Of a DNA stretch of 64,000 bases, positions 1 to 10,046 are shown in pieces. Position numbers and translations under genes: made by a program. The notes under the pieces are model-generated. The model saw only the letters and a program-made list of their open reading frames with translations, did not search any database and was not told where the DNA came from. Position 1 is the first letter of the stretch; the number at the start of each line of letters is the position of its first letter. Source of the stretch: Chthoniobacterales bacterium (lineage in GTDB: Bacteria; Verrucomicrobiota; Verrucomicrobiia; Chthoniobacterales; Chthoniobacteraceae); contig JBBQZX010000022.1 of NCBI GenBank assembly GCA_038207335.1, positions 1-64,000 of the forward strand, in the 5' to 3' direction.

Positions 1-12
1 ACGAACAGGGTC

Positions 13-36
13 GCGGCGGAGCGATCACTCCGCCGT
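13..36. repeat. REP-like imperfect hairpin
   Basis: cggcggag-cgatca-ctccgccg perfect 8-bp stem, extended imperfectly by aggg...ccct flanks. Confidence 0.45.
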
Positions 37-114
37 GCCCTCAGGCGTCTGCGGCCTCCCGAAAGCGCATGCATCTTCTCCCAAAACCCTTCACGCTGGC
101 AGCTCGTTTTCGGC

Positions 115-612
115 ATGAAGACGAGATACAAGGCGACTGAGACGCTCTCACTTTCAATGACGCCACAAAAGCCAATTGGGAGACCCCCGCACGACCGCAA
201 ACTTGGGCTGTGCGGCGTTTCCTTAACGATGGCGCGACTCCCTCGCGATGACATGAAGGCGTTTCGCTGCGTTCGGGACGAGCTTGAGCCGCTCGTCATC
301 AAGTCAGGTTATCTGGATGACGCTCCTTTTGTTTGGGTCACAATCGCAATCAGATTCGGCGTCAAGAACGAACAAGAGCCTCATTATCAGCGCATCAACC
401 GCAAGTATGGAGATTTACCCTTGGCCATAGAGGTTGACACTCACGAGTTGCTTGGCGCGTCCCTAGAGTCTATGACGCGAGTGTTGCGCCGCGCGGTGCT
501 TATCGCGCTTGTCCACGCCGGCCACAAGTATCAGCGACCTGTTCAGCCGTTGGAGGCGCTCCTACAATCAATCCAATCTGACTTTGTTTCCTCGCAATCG
601 AACGTCGCCTAA
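115..612 (+). CDS. Imm39-like polymorphic toxin immunity protein (start may be the ATG at 157)
   Basis: Motifs HDRK..G, PFVWV..IRFG.KN..EPHYQRINRKYGDLPLAIEVD and AGHKY resemble the Imm39 family as I recall it; less GC-rich than neighbouring genes. Confidence 0.6.
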   Translation: MKTRYKATETLSLSMTPQKPIGRPPHDRKLGLCGVSLTMARLPRDDMKAFRCVRDELEPLVIKSGYLDDAPFVWVTIAIRFGVKNEQEPHYQRINRKYGDLPLAIEVDTHELLGASLESMTRVLRRAVLIALVHAGHKYQRPVQPLEALLQSIQSDFVSSQSNVA

Positions 613-902
613 CTGTTGCGCCTCGGTACGTTGTCCGCAGAGTGAGGCGCGCGCAGCAGTGGTTTGCGGGCGTCGTTCTCCCCGCAGTCCTGCTCATATA
701 CGGGATCGTCGGCATCCGCCAAAGCCACACGACACTTTTTATTCGCGGCTCGAACTCCGACCTACGAGGCGGCTTACATCGGCGCGGATAGGGGCGATCC
801 CCTCAGCGAGCATATCCAGTGGGAGCCGAAGTCTCTGGAGTAAGGCAGCAAGCTTACGAGCAGGGCTTAGTCGCGACCTCTTAGCGCAATGTTTACCTCC
901 TC

Positions 903-1898
903 TCAGGAGTCGGCGGCGGCAAGCTGCGCTGCGAGGGCCAGGCGAGAGGCGCGGAGGAAGTCGTGCTGTTGGAACTCGGTGTCGGCGGGGGTGCCGGTAA
1001 GCATTTTCAGGAAGTCGGCGAGGTAGAGGTGCGGGCGACTTTCCGCTGCCGCGAGAGACCGGGAAGCGGCGTCGAGGTCGGTGATGACGGTGACTTTATC
1101 CGAGAGGAGGTGCGTCTCGGCGAGGCCGCGCGTGCCGTGGATGAGGAGGTGCCAATAGTGCGGGAGCTTGTAGCCGAGCCGGTCTGGCGCGAGGTAGGAA
1201 AGGTCGGCGAGCACGCCCGCGCTGTTCGCGAGCGTCGCCATGAATTGCGCGCAGTCGTGGAAATGCGGCGGCGCCGCTTTGGCATTCCAAGTCCGCGCCG
1301 CGACGATGCCGCGCCACTCGAGGCCGGTGAGCCACGGGATGAAGTCGAAGGCGTGGATGCCGATGTCGTTGATGGTGCCGCCGTGCTTGCCGGGCTCGAA
1401 ATACCAACCCGGCCGCGATCCCGGCAGGAGCGGATGCTGCGCGTCGATGCGAATTGTGCAGACCTCGCCTATTTCGCCGGAGCGAATGATTTCCCGCAGC
1501 GCACGAAACGCTCCCGAGCCACGGCTGTCGAACTGCAGCCCGACGACGAGATTTTTCTCCACGCATAGTCTCTCGATCTCCGTCTGCTCGTCGAGCGTGG
1601 TGCAGAGCGGCTTGTCGCCGAGCACATGCTTCCCCGCCGTAAGCGCTGCGATCACCAGTGCACCGCGCCGCGAGTAATAATCGCCGATCGCGACCACCTC
1701 GCACGGCACATCGTGGAGTAGAAGGGAAAAATCGGCGTGTGTGATCTTTACGCGGCCGGCGGCGGCGAGTTCAGCGCGGGTCTCGGCGTGTTCTTCGCAG
1801 CAAGCGACGACTTCGCAATCCACCCGAGCCTCGACCGCCGCGAGCAGGTCGAGGATGTGGCTGTGCCGAAAGCCGGCGAATCCGAATCGCGTCTTCAT
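903..1898 (-). CDS. Gfo/Idh/MocA family oxidoreductase
   Basis: N-terminal Rossmann-like region, GKHVLGDKP, GGTINDIGIH. Confidence 0.85.
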   Translation of the reverse strand: MKTRFGFAGFRHSHILDLLAAVEARVDCEVVACCEEHAETRAELAAAGRVKITHADFSLLLHDVPCEVVAIGDYYSRRGALVIAALTAGKHVLGDKPLCTTLDEQTEIERLCVEKNLVVGLQFDSRGSGAFRALREIIRSGEIGEVCTIRIDAQHPLLPGSRPGWYFEPGKHGGTINDIGIHAFDFIPWLTGLEWRGIVAARTWNAKAAPPHFHDCAQFMATLANSAGVLADLSYLAPDRLGYKLPHYWHLLIHGTRGLAETHLLSDKVTVITDLDAASRSLAAAESRPHLYLADFLKMLTGTPADTEFQQHDFLRASRLALAAQLAAADS

Positions 1899-2950
1899 TC
1901 CGCGCCATCGACGCGCGTGCTGCGACCGCTCCGCGCCGCCTCGTAAATCGCGAGCACCAACGCCACCGAGTGCCGCGCCTCCGCACCGGGAATCATCGGT
2001 GGGCGGCCTTCCCGGAGCGCCAGCGCGAGATCGTGGACGAGCTGGCGGTGCCCCTCGTTGCTCATCGTTTTCGCATCCGAAGTGCCGCCTTGGATCGCCG
2101 GCGCATCGCCCGCGCGCATCGCCCCCTCATCGCCCTCGCTCGGCTCTGCGAACTCCCAGCGCACGATCCGATCGTTCACCAAAACGGCCGTGCCTTTGTC
2201 CCCGATAATCTCGATCCGCAAATCAGTTCCGGGGTAGCACGAGGTCGCAGCCTCGATCACGCCGAGTGCGCCATTCGGAAACTTCAGCGCCGCCGCGACC
2301 GTGTCCTCCGCCTCGATCCCGGAGTGCGCGAGCGTGCCGTAAAATGCGCAGACCTCGCGCGGCAAGCCGACGAGCCACTGCAGCAGATCGACCGCGTGAA
2401 TCCCTTGATTCATCAGCGCTCCGCCGCCATCGAGCTTCCACGTCCCCTTCCAATTCGATGAATCGTAATACTCCTGCGCGCGCCACCATTTGATGTGCGC
2501 GCTGCAAAATGTCAGCCGCCCAAATCGTCCCGCCTCAATCGCGCTTTTCAGCAGCCTCGCGCCGCGCCCGAGCCGCATCTGAAACACGCCAGCGAGCACG
2601 CCGCCGCCGCGCTCCGCCGCCGTAAGGATGCGATCCGCCGCTGCGAGGCTGACCTCGAGCGGCTTCTCACAAAGTACCGCTTTTCCTGCCTCGAGCAGCG
2701 GCACCGCCGCCTCAGCGTGCGCACCGCTCGGAGTCGTGACGCAGACCGCGCGAATACTCGGATCGTCCATCAGTTCCTCAATGCTCGCCGCCGCCCTGCA
2801 ACCCTGCCGCTGCGCAAACTCTTCACACTTTTCCGCCCCCCGCGAATACACCGCGACAAGCCGGGCCGCGGGCGAATCGTAAATCGCCGCTGCGTGCGCG
2901 TCCGCGATCATTCCTGTGCCGACAATGGCAAAACCGATGGGGTCGTTCAT
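1895..2950 (-). CDS. Gfo/Idh/MocA family oxidoreductase
   Basis: GTGMIA, VLCEKP, GGGALMNQGIHAVD; 4-bp overlap with the downstream gene. Confidence 0.9.
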   Translation of the reverse strand: MNDPIGFAIVGTGMIADAHAAAIYDSPAARLVAVYSRGAEKCEEFAQRQGCRAAASIEELMDDPSIRAVCVTTPSGAHAEAAVPLLEAGKAVLCEKPLEVSLAAADRILTAAERGGGVLAGVFQMRLGRGARLLKSAIEAGRFGRLTFCSAHIKWWRAQEYYDSSNWKGTWKLDGGGALMNQGIHAVDLLQWLVGLPREVCAFYGTLAHSGIEAEDTVAAALKFPNGALGVIEAATSCYPGTDLRIEIIGDKGTAVLVNDRIVRWEFAEPSEGDEGAMRAGDAPAIQGGTSDAKTMSNEGHRQLVHDLALALREGRPPMIPGAEARHSVALVLAIYEAARSGRSTRVDGAE

Positions 2951-2961
2951 CAGGTTACTCT

Positions 2962-3152
2962 AATCACGAAGGCGCGGAGGCACGAAGAAGAGGATTATCA
3001 TTTGTGTCCCTTTCCTCGCTTTCCGACTCTCAGGAATCGCGCCGTTTAAGACTCAAGCAGGAAAACACGAATACAGGAAATGAGAGGTTAGCGCGAGCGT
3101 GCGGGAGCCTGTTTTCTTGATTTCGTCCTACCGTCTTTGTGCCTTCTTGGTT
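2962..3152. repeat. Intergenic short-period (about 9 bp) purine-rich repeat element with imperfect inverted arms
   Basis: aatcacgaaggcgcggaggcacgaag against ctttgtgccttcttggtt; aagcaggaaaacacgaatacaggaaa (3055-3080) recurs at 27031-27056. Confidence 0.5.
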
Positions 3153-3895
3153 CAATCCAAGAGATGTCCCGCGGCGGGGTCGATTTGTAAAGTCGCGCAG
3201 GGATGGGTGCGGAGAATCGAGGCGGGGCACGCCGTGGAAATCTCGCCCATCACCGCGGCGCGGACGGCGTGGGCTTTTCGCTCGCCGGGGACGACGCACG
3301 AGATCGCGCGTGCGCCGAGCAGCGCGGGGATCGTGAGCGTGAGCGCGTGCATGGGCACATCGGCGAGCGTGGAAAAGCAACCGTCATGGACTTGCTGTTC
3401 GCGGCACGCGAGGTCGAGCGCGACGCGTTTGATGAGCAGGGGATCGGCGAAGTCGGCGACAGGAGGATCGTTGAAAGCAAGATGCCCATTTTCTCCAATC
3501 CCCATGCACGCCAAGTCGATCCGAGCGGATGAAAGCAGAGTAGCGTATCGCTCGCATTCCTTCTGCGCATCGGCCTCTCCGGCGATCAGATGCACGGCGT
3601 GCGGCGGAGCGATGTGCGTGAGAAGATGCGCGAGTAGGTAGCTGCGAAAGCTCTGCGGATGCTCAGCGCCAAGCCCGACGTATTCGTCCATGTGAAAAAT
3701 CGCGACGCGGCTCCAGTCCAAATCCGCGCGGACGAGCGCGACGAGAAAGTCATCCTGCGACGGTGCGCACGCGAAAATCACACGCGCCTCGCCGCGCTCG
3801 CGAATCGCCGCTCGCACAATTTCCGCAACCCGCTCTGCGGCTGCTTGGCCCATCGAGGAGCGGTCGAGATGGCGGCAGATTTCGAGCGCGTTCAC
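3152..3895 (-). CDS. nagB: Glucosamine-6-phosphate deaminase/isomerase family
   Basis: FHMDEYVG, GIGENGHLAFNDP, CPASILRTH; next to nagA. Confidence 0.8.
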   Translation of the reverse strand: MNALEICRHLDRSSMGQAAAERVAEIVRAAIRERGEARVIFACAPSQDDFLVALVRADLDWSRVAIFHMDEYVGLGAEHPQSFRSYLLAHLLTHIAPPHAVHLIAGEADAQKECERYATLLSSARIDLACMGIGENGHLAFNDPPVADFADPLLIKRVALDLACREQQVHDGCFSTLADVPMHALTLTIPALLGARAISCVVPGERKAHAVRAAVMGEISTACPASILRTHPCATLQIDPAAGHLLD

Positions 3896-4824
3896 GGAAT
3901 TTCAATCTCTGGAAATTCAATCCCGAACAGCGCTGCCACGCTTATCGAGAAAAGTGCGCGTGCATCCGAAACGCTGATCTCAAGCCACTTTGCGGCGTTT
4001 CTCACCCCGCGATCCGGTGTGAGCGACGAGCCCGCGAGGTTCGCTTTGCCAGATTCGCGAACTGCTCCGCTGCGCGATTCGACTTCGATCGCGCCGAGCG
4101 TGTAGCGGCCCTCCGGCGCCGCTGCGGCGGCCATTGCGTCGGTTGTGAGCAACGTTTTGCCAGGGGGCTTTGCGCGGAAGAAATTCCGCAGCGCAAACGG
4201 CGGAAGATGCACGCCATCGGGGATGAAACACGCGGTCAATTCATCCCGCGCGAGGAGTCGCTGAATGACGTTGTCGTGACGCGGCAGGATCTGCGGCACG
4301 CCGTTGCCGAGATGCGTGCAGAGCGTGGCGCCAGCGGAAATAGCCGCGTCGATTTCGGCCTCGCTCGCATTCGTGTGGCCGAGCGAAACCGCGACACCGC
4401 CCCGCGTGATTTCGCGGATGAATTCGCTACTTCCCGGCCATTCGGGTGCGAGCGTCACGAGCCGGATATTTCCACACGCCGCGGACTGCATCGCCCGGAA
4501 GGCAGCGATATCCGGCGCAAACTGCAAATGCGCGGGATGCGCGCCGACGTAACCTTCAAGTGGGGACAAAAACGGTCCCTCGATATGATAGCCGCACACA
4601 GTCTCCGCGATGAGCAAATCCGCCCGCCGGTGAGCTTCGATGCGCTCTAACTTTCTGCAAAGCCCGTCGATTTCATCTGAGATCAGCGTGAGAAAAATGC
4701 GATGCGTCTCGTGCTCACGAAGCGCGTCGACCGCCTGTCGGAGATCCTCCCGCGACAAATCCGCGCGTTGAAAATCAACCCCGGCAAACCCGTTGATTTG
4801 CAGATCAAAAAGCGCGGCAGGCAT
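3892..4824 (-). CDS. nagA: N-acetylglucosamine-6-phosphate deacetylase
   Basis: DLQING, HIEGPFLS, TLAPE, GHTNA, THLGNG, DGVH, TDA, LAGS. Confidence 0.85.
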   Translation of the reverse strand: MPAALFDLQINGFAGVDFQRADLSREDLRQAVDALREHETHRIFLTLISDEIDGLCRKLERIEAHRRADLLIAETVCGYHIEGPFLSPLEGYVGAHPAHLQFAPDIAAFRAMQSAACGNIRLVTLAPEWPGSSEFIREITRGGVAVSLGHTNASEAEIDAAISAGATLCTHLGNGVPQILPRHDNVIQRLLARDELTACFIPDGVHLPPFALRNFFRAKPPGKTLLTTDAMAAAAAPEGRYTLGAIEVESRSGAVRESGKANLAGSSLTPDRGVRNAAKWLEISVSDARALFSISVAALFGIEFPEIEIP

Positions 4825-4827
4825 CTT

Positions 4828-4890
4828 ATTGTAGCCGGGATCGGTGATCTTTGCAGGTGCGGCAGCGGGATCACCGATCCCGGCTACAAT
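4828..4890. repeat. GTAG-type REP pair forming a perfect 22-bp inverted repeat
   Basis: attgtagccgggatcggtgatc (4828-4849) is the exact reverse complement of 4869-4890; 19-nt loop. Confidence 0.8.
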
Positions 4891-6014
4891 CAGCGCTCTG
4901 CGATCGGCACGACTTTTCGCCCGACCTCCGGGCCTACGTATTCGCTGAGCGGACGGAAAAGCCGGTTATCCGCGAGTTGCTCCAGCACATGTGCCGTCCA
5001 GCCGCTCATGCGCGAGATCGCGAAGATCGGCGTGAACAAATCGGTCGGAATCCCGAGCGAGTAATAGACCGTCGCCGAGTAGAAATCGACGTTCGCATTC
5101 AGCCCTTTGCGCTCCTTCATGATCGTCGCGATGCGCTCGGACATCTGAATCCATTTCGGCTCACCGAGTTCATTCGAGAGCTTGATGCCCATCGCTTTCA
5201 GGTGCGGCGCGCGCGGGTCGAGCACTTTGTAAACGCGATGCCCGATGCCCATGATTTTCTTCTTCTGCGCGAGCGCGTCCTCGACCCACGCATCGACTTT
5301 CTCCGGCGCGCCGATCTCCTCGAGCATGTGGATGACACCCTCATTCGCGCCGCCGTGCAGCGGTCCCTTCAGCGCGCCGATCGCCGCGCTAACCGCCGAA
5401 TACATGTCGCTCAGCGTGCTTGCCACGACGCGCGCAGTGAAGGTCGATGCGTTGAAGCCGTGCTCGGCGTGCAGCACGTAGGCGACATCGAGAGTCTTGG
5501 TCGCATCCGCGCTCGGCTCCTCGCCGGTCATCAGCCAGAGAAAGTGCGCGGCCTCGCTCAAATCTTTCCGAATCGGCGTGAGCTCTTTTCCCTGCCGCGA
5601 GCGATGAAACCACGCGGCGACGATGCCAATCTGTGCGACGAGCTTGATCGCGATCTGGTTGTTCTCCGGCATCCCGACATCGGACCGCGTCGTTTTGAAA
5701 CATCCCAGCATCGAGACGGCTGTGCGCATCACGTCGATCGGCGCGGCATCGCGCGGCGCGTTTTGGATGAAGTCGATGACCGCCTGCGGGAGTTCGCGCT
5801 CGGCACGCAGCGCGGTGGTGAGGCGGTCGAGTTCGGATTGATTCGGCAGCCGTCCGTGCCAGAGGAGATGCACGACTTCCTCGTAGCTCACTTTGCCCGC
5901 GAGTTCGTTGATGTCGTAGCCGCGATAGACGAGCTGGCCGACGTCTCCGCGCACGTCCCCGACGCTGGTTTCTGCTGCGATGATTCCTTCGAGTCCTCTG
6001 GAGATGACTGGCAT
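4890..6014 (-). CDS. gltA: Citrate synthase
   Basis: GLEG, YRGY, HAEHGFNASTF, GPLHGGANE, GIGHRVYK..DPR, NVDFYS; start taken at MPVISRG. Confidence 0.92.
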   Translation of the reverse strand: MPVISRGLEGIIAAETSVGDVRGDVGQLVYRGYDINELAGKVSYEEVVHLLWHGRLPNQSELDRLTTALRAERELPQAVIDFIQNAPRDAAPIDVMRTAVSMLGCFKTTRSDVGMPENNQIAIKLVAQIGIVAAWFHRSRQGKELTPIRKDLSEAAHFLWLMTGEEPSADATKTLDVAYVLHAEHGFNASTFTARVVASTLSDMYSAVSAAIGALKGPLHGGANEGVIHMLEEIGAPEKVDAWVEDALAQKKKIMGIGHRVYKVLDPRAPHLKAMGIKLSNELGEPKWIQMSERIATIMKERKGLNANVDFYSATVYYSLGIPTDLFTPIFAISRMSGWTAHVLEQLADNRLFRPLSEYVGPEVGRKVVPIAER

Positions 6015-6189
6015 GATTTTGTGGGGTGTGTGTGAGTTTTTGGAATTGCGGGAGCTCACGATCAACGGACCGGGACGCCGTGAGAATAGTCTCTAGCAGG
6101 ATGTGCGACGCGCGACGATCGCATCAAGCGCGAAGGCGCGGGAATTCGACTCGCGAACTGAATTTACAGCGCCGGTAATCCGAGCCGGG

Positions 6190-7098
6190 CTACTTTTTGC
6201 CCCAATGCCGGAGCAGCGTGTCGGCCATCACCGACGGCGTTTCCGCGACAGCGATTCCGGCTTTTTTGAAGGCGGCGATTTTGTCGGAAGCCGTGCCTTT
6301 TCCGCCGGAGACGATCGCGCCGGCGTGGCCCATACGTCGTCCGGGAGGCGCAGTGGCGCCAGCGATGAAACCGGCGATCGGCTTTTTGCAATGCTCCGCG
6401 GCCCACTCGGCTGCTTGTTCTTCGGCGTCTCCGCCGATCTCTCCGATCATGATGATCGCCTCTGTCTCCGGGTCATCGTTGAACATTTTCAGTACGTCGA
6501 GGTGCGATGTTCCATTGACCGGATCTCCGCCGATGCCGACGCATGTCGATTGCCCGAAGCCGCGTGAAGTGAGCTGCCAGACGGCTTCGTAAGTCAGCGT
6601 GCCGCTGCGGGAGACGACGCCGACGTTGCCCTTTTTGTGAATATAGCCGGGCGCGATGCCGATGCGGCAACCGCCGTGCGATTGCGGCCCGGTGCCAGGT
6701 GTGACTATGCCAGGGCAGTTCGGCCCGATGAGCCGCGTCCTGGATTCGCGCATCGCGGCTTTGACCCGCACCATGTCATTGACCGGAATGCCTTCCGTGA
6801 TCGCGACTACGAGATCGAGCCCTGCGGACACACTCTCGAGGATCGCATCTGCCGCGAATGGGGGAGGGACGAAAATGACGGAAACCGTCGCGCCAGTCTG
6901 CACAGCAGCGTCGCCGACGGTGTCGAAGATCGGCACTTTTTTGTCGCCGTGATCGAAGCTCTGCCCGCCTTTTCCGGGTGTAACTCCGGCTACGAGTTGC
7001 GTGCCGTAGTCGAGCGAAAGTTTTGCATGTCGCGAGCCGAAGTCGCCGGTAATGCCTTGAACGAGGATGCGGGTTTGGGGTGTGACGAGGATGGCCAT
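6190..7098 (-). CDS. sucD: Succinyl-CoA synthetase alpha subunit
   Basis: [39 protein letters not shown] (phospho-His). Confidence 0.97.
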   Translation of the reverse strand: MAILVTPQTRILVQGITGDFGSRHAKLSLDYGTQLVAGVTPGKGGQSFDHGDKKVPIFDTVGDAAVQTGATVSVIFVPPPFAADAILESVSAGLDLVVAITEGIPVNDMVRVKAAMRESRTRLIGPNCPGIVTPGTGPQSHGGCRIGIAPGYIHKKGNVGVVSRSGTLTYEAVWQLTSRGFGQSTCVGIGGDPVNGTSHLDVLKMFNDDPETEAIIMIGEIGGDAEEQAAEWAAEHCKKPIAGFIAGATAPPGRRMGHAGAIVSGGKGTASDKIAAFKKAGIAVAETPSVMADTLLRHWGKK

Positions 7099-7149
7099 CG
7101 GTGTGCGGGGATATTGAACTTTGAATGCTGAGTTTTTGAAGGCCGACGG

Positions 7150-7515
7150 TCAGTGCGGGCGGCGCTTGTGGATGCAGAGGCTATTGCCGTCGGGGTCGTA
7201 GATCATCGCCATGTGGCAGACAGGCGTAGGCATCGGCTCGATTCGGAACTTCACATTCGCGGCTTTCAACTCAGCGATCGCGGCGTCGAAGTCCTCAACC
7301 TCGAGCGCCACGCTGCATCCGTCCGGATTGGGCTTGAATGTCTCATGCGAACCGATGGCGACCGTGTGCGGCCCGATCTCATACTCGACCCAGCCGCCAT
7401 TATCGCTGAGGTGTTCCATCGCCGGTTTCAAGCCTAGCAAGCCTTCGTAAAATGCGCGGGCGCGCGGCAGGTCGGTGACAGCGTAGCAAGAGAAGGCGAC
7501 TTCGAGGATTTTCAT
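7150..7515 (-). CDS. VOC/glyoxalase family protein
   Basis: VTDL.RARAFYE.LLGL, LEVEDFD, DPDGN. Confidence 0.85.
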   Translation of the reverse strand: MKILEVAFSCYAVTDLPRARAFYEGLLGLKPAMEHLSDNGGWVEYEIGPHTVAIGSHETFKPNPDGCSVALEVEDFDAAIAELKAANVKFRIEPMPTPVCHMAMIYDPDGNSLCIHKRRPH

Positions 7516-8018
7516 GGCTTGAGGTTGAGGGAATCGGACGGTGTTTTGGCGCTGTCGCGAATGCCGCGGAGGAGTCGGACTGCGGCGCGATCTTTGTCGC
7601 GGTCGAGTGCTTCTTTGGCGACGATCAGTTTGTCGATCGTGATGAGGCGATATATCCCGTATGGCATCTCCACCGGCACGCTATGCGGGAGTACGTCGGC
7701 ATAATTTCCGACCCCGAGAATCTCGCCGAGAAAATCGACCTCTCCGATATCGGTGGCGATGTAGAGATTCCGCAGCCCTCTCTCGAAGCCTTCGCGCAAC
7801 TCGAACGGCACCTCTTTGGGTGTCATACGGTGATAGGGGTGAAGGTCGGCGATCGAGCGATGAATGCGCCCGACATTTTCAGCGGTGAAAGGGACACAGA
7901 CATCCACATCATCGGTCACCAAGCCGGTTCCGTACATCATCACCGCAAGGCCGCCGACCACGACGAACTCGACTTCGTTCACTGTCAGCCGTTCAATGAT
8001 TAGCGACAGATCGCCCAT
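7512..8018 (-). CDS. Minimal nucleotidyltransferase (Pol-beta superfamily)
   Basis: VVVGGLAV...TDDVDV (GG plus DxD motif); C-terminal K...R.KD. Confidence 0.75.
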   Translation of the reverse strand: MGDLSLIIERLTVNEVEFVVVGGLAVMMYGTGLVTDDVDVCVPFTAENVGRIHRSIADLHPYHRMTPKEVPFELREGFERGLRNLYIATDIGEVDFLGEILGVGNYADVLPHSVPVEMPYGIYRLITIDKLIVAKEALDRDKDRAAVRLLRGIRDSAKTPSDSLNLKP

Positions 8019-8241
8019 ACTGTTTTGTGAATGCGGCTCGCATCGCCTCCGCTTGTTGAAGCGCGAGATGATGCCGCCGCACGCGCTCCTGCACGGGGCG
8101 GCGCAGGCGAAGCGCGACGAGATTCATGTCCCAGCCGTCCGATTCAGCAGCTCGCCATGAAGGGGTTTTCTCATCGACTTCGCATGCCTGCAAAAGTGCG
8201 GAAGAAATGGCGAGCTCACGTTGAATCGATTCGGTTTTCAC
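7993..8241 (-). CDS. Small hypothetical protein overlapping the nucleotidyltransferase (possible partner)
   Basis: 82-aa ORF with GTG start 9 bp after the sucC stop, overlapping the next gene; GWDMNL..LR....ER..RH pattern. Confidence 0.55.
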   Translation of the reverse strand: MKTESIQRELAISSALLQACEVDEKTPSWRAAESDGWDMNLVALRLRRPVQERVRRHHLALQQAEAMRAAFTKQYGRSVANH

Positions 8242-8249
8242 GTTGAAAT

Positions 8250-9437
8250 TTACGCCGCTTTCACGGCGGCGACCACTTTCTCCGCGGCATCGGCGAGGTC
8301 GTCACCGGCGATGAGGCGGAGTCCGCTTTCGGCCAGCGTTTGTTTGCCGGCGGCGACGTTGTTGCCCTCGAGCCGCACGACGAGCGGGATCGCGATGTCG
8401 GTTTCTTTTGCCGCTGCGACGATGCCGTTGGCGATGACGTTGCAATCCATGATGCCACCGAAAATGTTCACCAGAATGCCTTTCACATTCGGGTCGCTGA
8501 GGATGATTTTGAAGGCGCTCGTGACCTGCTCTTTCGAGGCGCCGCCGCCGACGTCGAGGAAGTTCGCGGGGCTACCACCGCAGTGCTGAATGATATCCAT
8601 CGTGGCCATCGCGAGGCCCGCGCCGTTGACGAGACAGGCGATGTTTCCGTCGAGGCCGATGTAGTTCAGCGCGTGCTCGCTGGCGGCGACTTCTCTCGGG
8701 TCTTCTTCCGATTTGTCGCGCATCGCCACGATGTCTGGCTGCCGGTAAAGCGCGTTGTCGTCGAAGTTGAATTTCGCATCGAGCGCGAGGATCCGACCAT
8801 CGGGCGTGACGACGAGCGGGTTGATTTCGATCTGCGAGCAATCGCGCGCGAGGAAGAGTTTGAAGGTCGCGAGGAAGAGCTTTGCGGCTTGCGCGAGCAG
8901 CTTGCCGTCAAGGCCGAGTGCGACCGCAATTTTGCGCGCCTGATGCGCTTGCAAGCCGAGCAGGGGATGCACGGGTTCGCGCATGATTTTCTCGGGAGAA
9001 TGCTCGGCGACGTGCTCGATATCCATGCCGCCCGCAGTGCTCGCGATGACGACCGGCGCGCTGCTCGAGCGGTCGAGCAGGATAGCAAAGTAAAGCTCCC
9101 GCTCGATGTCCACCGCCTCGACCACGAAGACCTTGCTGACGAGTTTTCCCTCGGGCCCTGTCTGGTGCGTGACGAGCGTCTGGCCGAGCATTTTCCCAGC
9201 GATCTCGCGAGCCTCTTCCGGCGTGTCGCAGAGATGCACTCCGCCCTGAAAACCATTCGTGAAAGTGCCTTTGCCGCGGCCCCCAGCGTGGATCTGCGCT
9301 TTCACGACGATCTTCTTCCCTTCAAGGCTGCGAGCCACTTCCGCGGCTTCATCGGGCGCGGAGACGACGCGGCCTTTCGAGCTGGCGACGCCGAATTTCT
9401 CGAAGAGTTCGCGGGCTTGGTATTCGTGGATATTCAT
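8250..9437 (-). CDS. sucC: Succinyl-CoA synthetase beta subunit
   Basis: [52 protein letters not shown]. Confidence 0.97.
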   Translation of the reverse strand: MNIHEYQARELFEKFGVASSKGRVVSAPDEAAEVARSLEGKKIVVKAQIHAGGRGKGTFTNGFQGGVHLCDTPEEAREIAGKMLGQTLVTHQTGPEGKLVSKVFVVEAVDIERELYFAILLDRSSSAPVVIASTAGGMDIEHVAEHSPEKIMREPVHPLLGLQAHQARKIAVALGLDGKLLAQAAKLFLATFKLFLARDCSQIEINPLVVTPDGRILALDAKFNFDDNALYRQPDIVAMRDKSEEDPREVAASEHALNYIGLDGNIACLVNGAGLAMATMDIIQHCGGSPANFLDVGGGASKEQVTSAFKIILSDPNVKGILVNIFGGIMDCNVIANGIVAAAKETDIAIPLVVRLEGNNVAAGKQTLAESGLRLIAGDDLADAAEKVVAAVKAA

Positions 9438-9465
9438 TTGGTGACGGGAGGGATGGAGGGATGGT

Positions 9466-9990
9466 TTAGCTGCCGGAGCCGACGTACTCGGCGGAGTAGG
9501 TTTCGAATTTCGCCGTGGAGCCGACGGCGGGTGCTTTTTCCACGTCGTACACGTTGTTGCCGACGACTGCCTGCGATTGCGTGTCCCAGATCATCACGGA
9601 CTTTTGCGCTTTGGGCGAAGTGCGCTCGTCTTTGGCGGTATCGACTGCGATGTAGCGGACGCGTTTGCTCTTCAGCGTTGCCTTTTTTTCCGGCGCGAGA
9701 CGCGCGTAATAGACTTGCGCGCGTTGCTCCGCGAGCTGGCGCTGGCGCACGGTCGCCTGGTGTTTCGTGATGACGTAGGTCGTCGCCGCGACCACGGCAC
9801 CGACTGCCGCTCCGGTGGCGAGCGAGCCCGCAGTGCTCATGCCGCTGGCGCGCGCAATGGTGCTGGCGGCGATGGCACTCGCGCTTCCAAAGACGGCCGC
9901 ATTTTCTCCGGGGCTGAGATTTTCGCAACCTGCAACGCCGATGCTGATCGTCGCGAGCAGAACAGTAGTTTTGAACGTGCCGGAATTCAT
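9466..9990 (-). CDS. Putative lipoprotein with a glycine-zipper-like segment
   Basis: Signal peptide ending in lipobox VAG-C; Gly/Ala-rich hydrophobic stretch. Confidence 0.6.
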   Translation of the reverse strand: MNSGTFKTTVLLATISIGVAGCENLSPGENAAVFGSASAIAASTIARASGMSTAGSLATGAAVGAVVAATTYVITKHQATVRQRQLAEQRAQVYYARLAPEKKATLKSKRVRYIAVDTAKDERTSPKAQKSVMIWDTQSQAVVGNNVYDVEKAPAVGSTAKFETYSAEYVGSGS

Positions 9991-10046
9991 AGTGAGCGCG
10001 TTTTATGGGCGCGTGCGGCGAGAGGCAAGCCCCGCGCGGAGGGCAT

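Noticed and set aside
607..700. Complete attC site
   Set aside because: Only the GCCTAAC half is present; I found no matching GTTRRRY or paired arms downstream.
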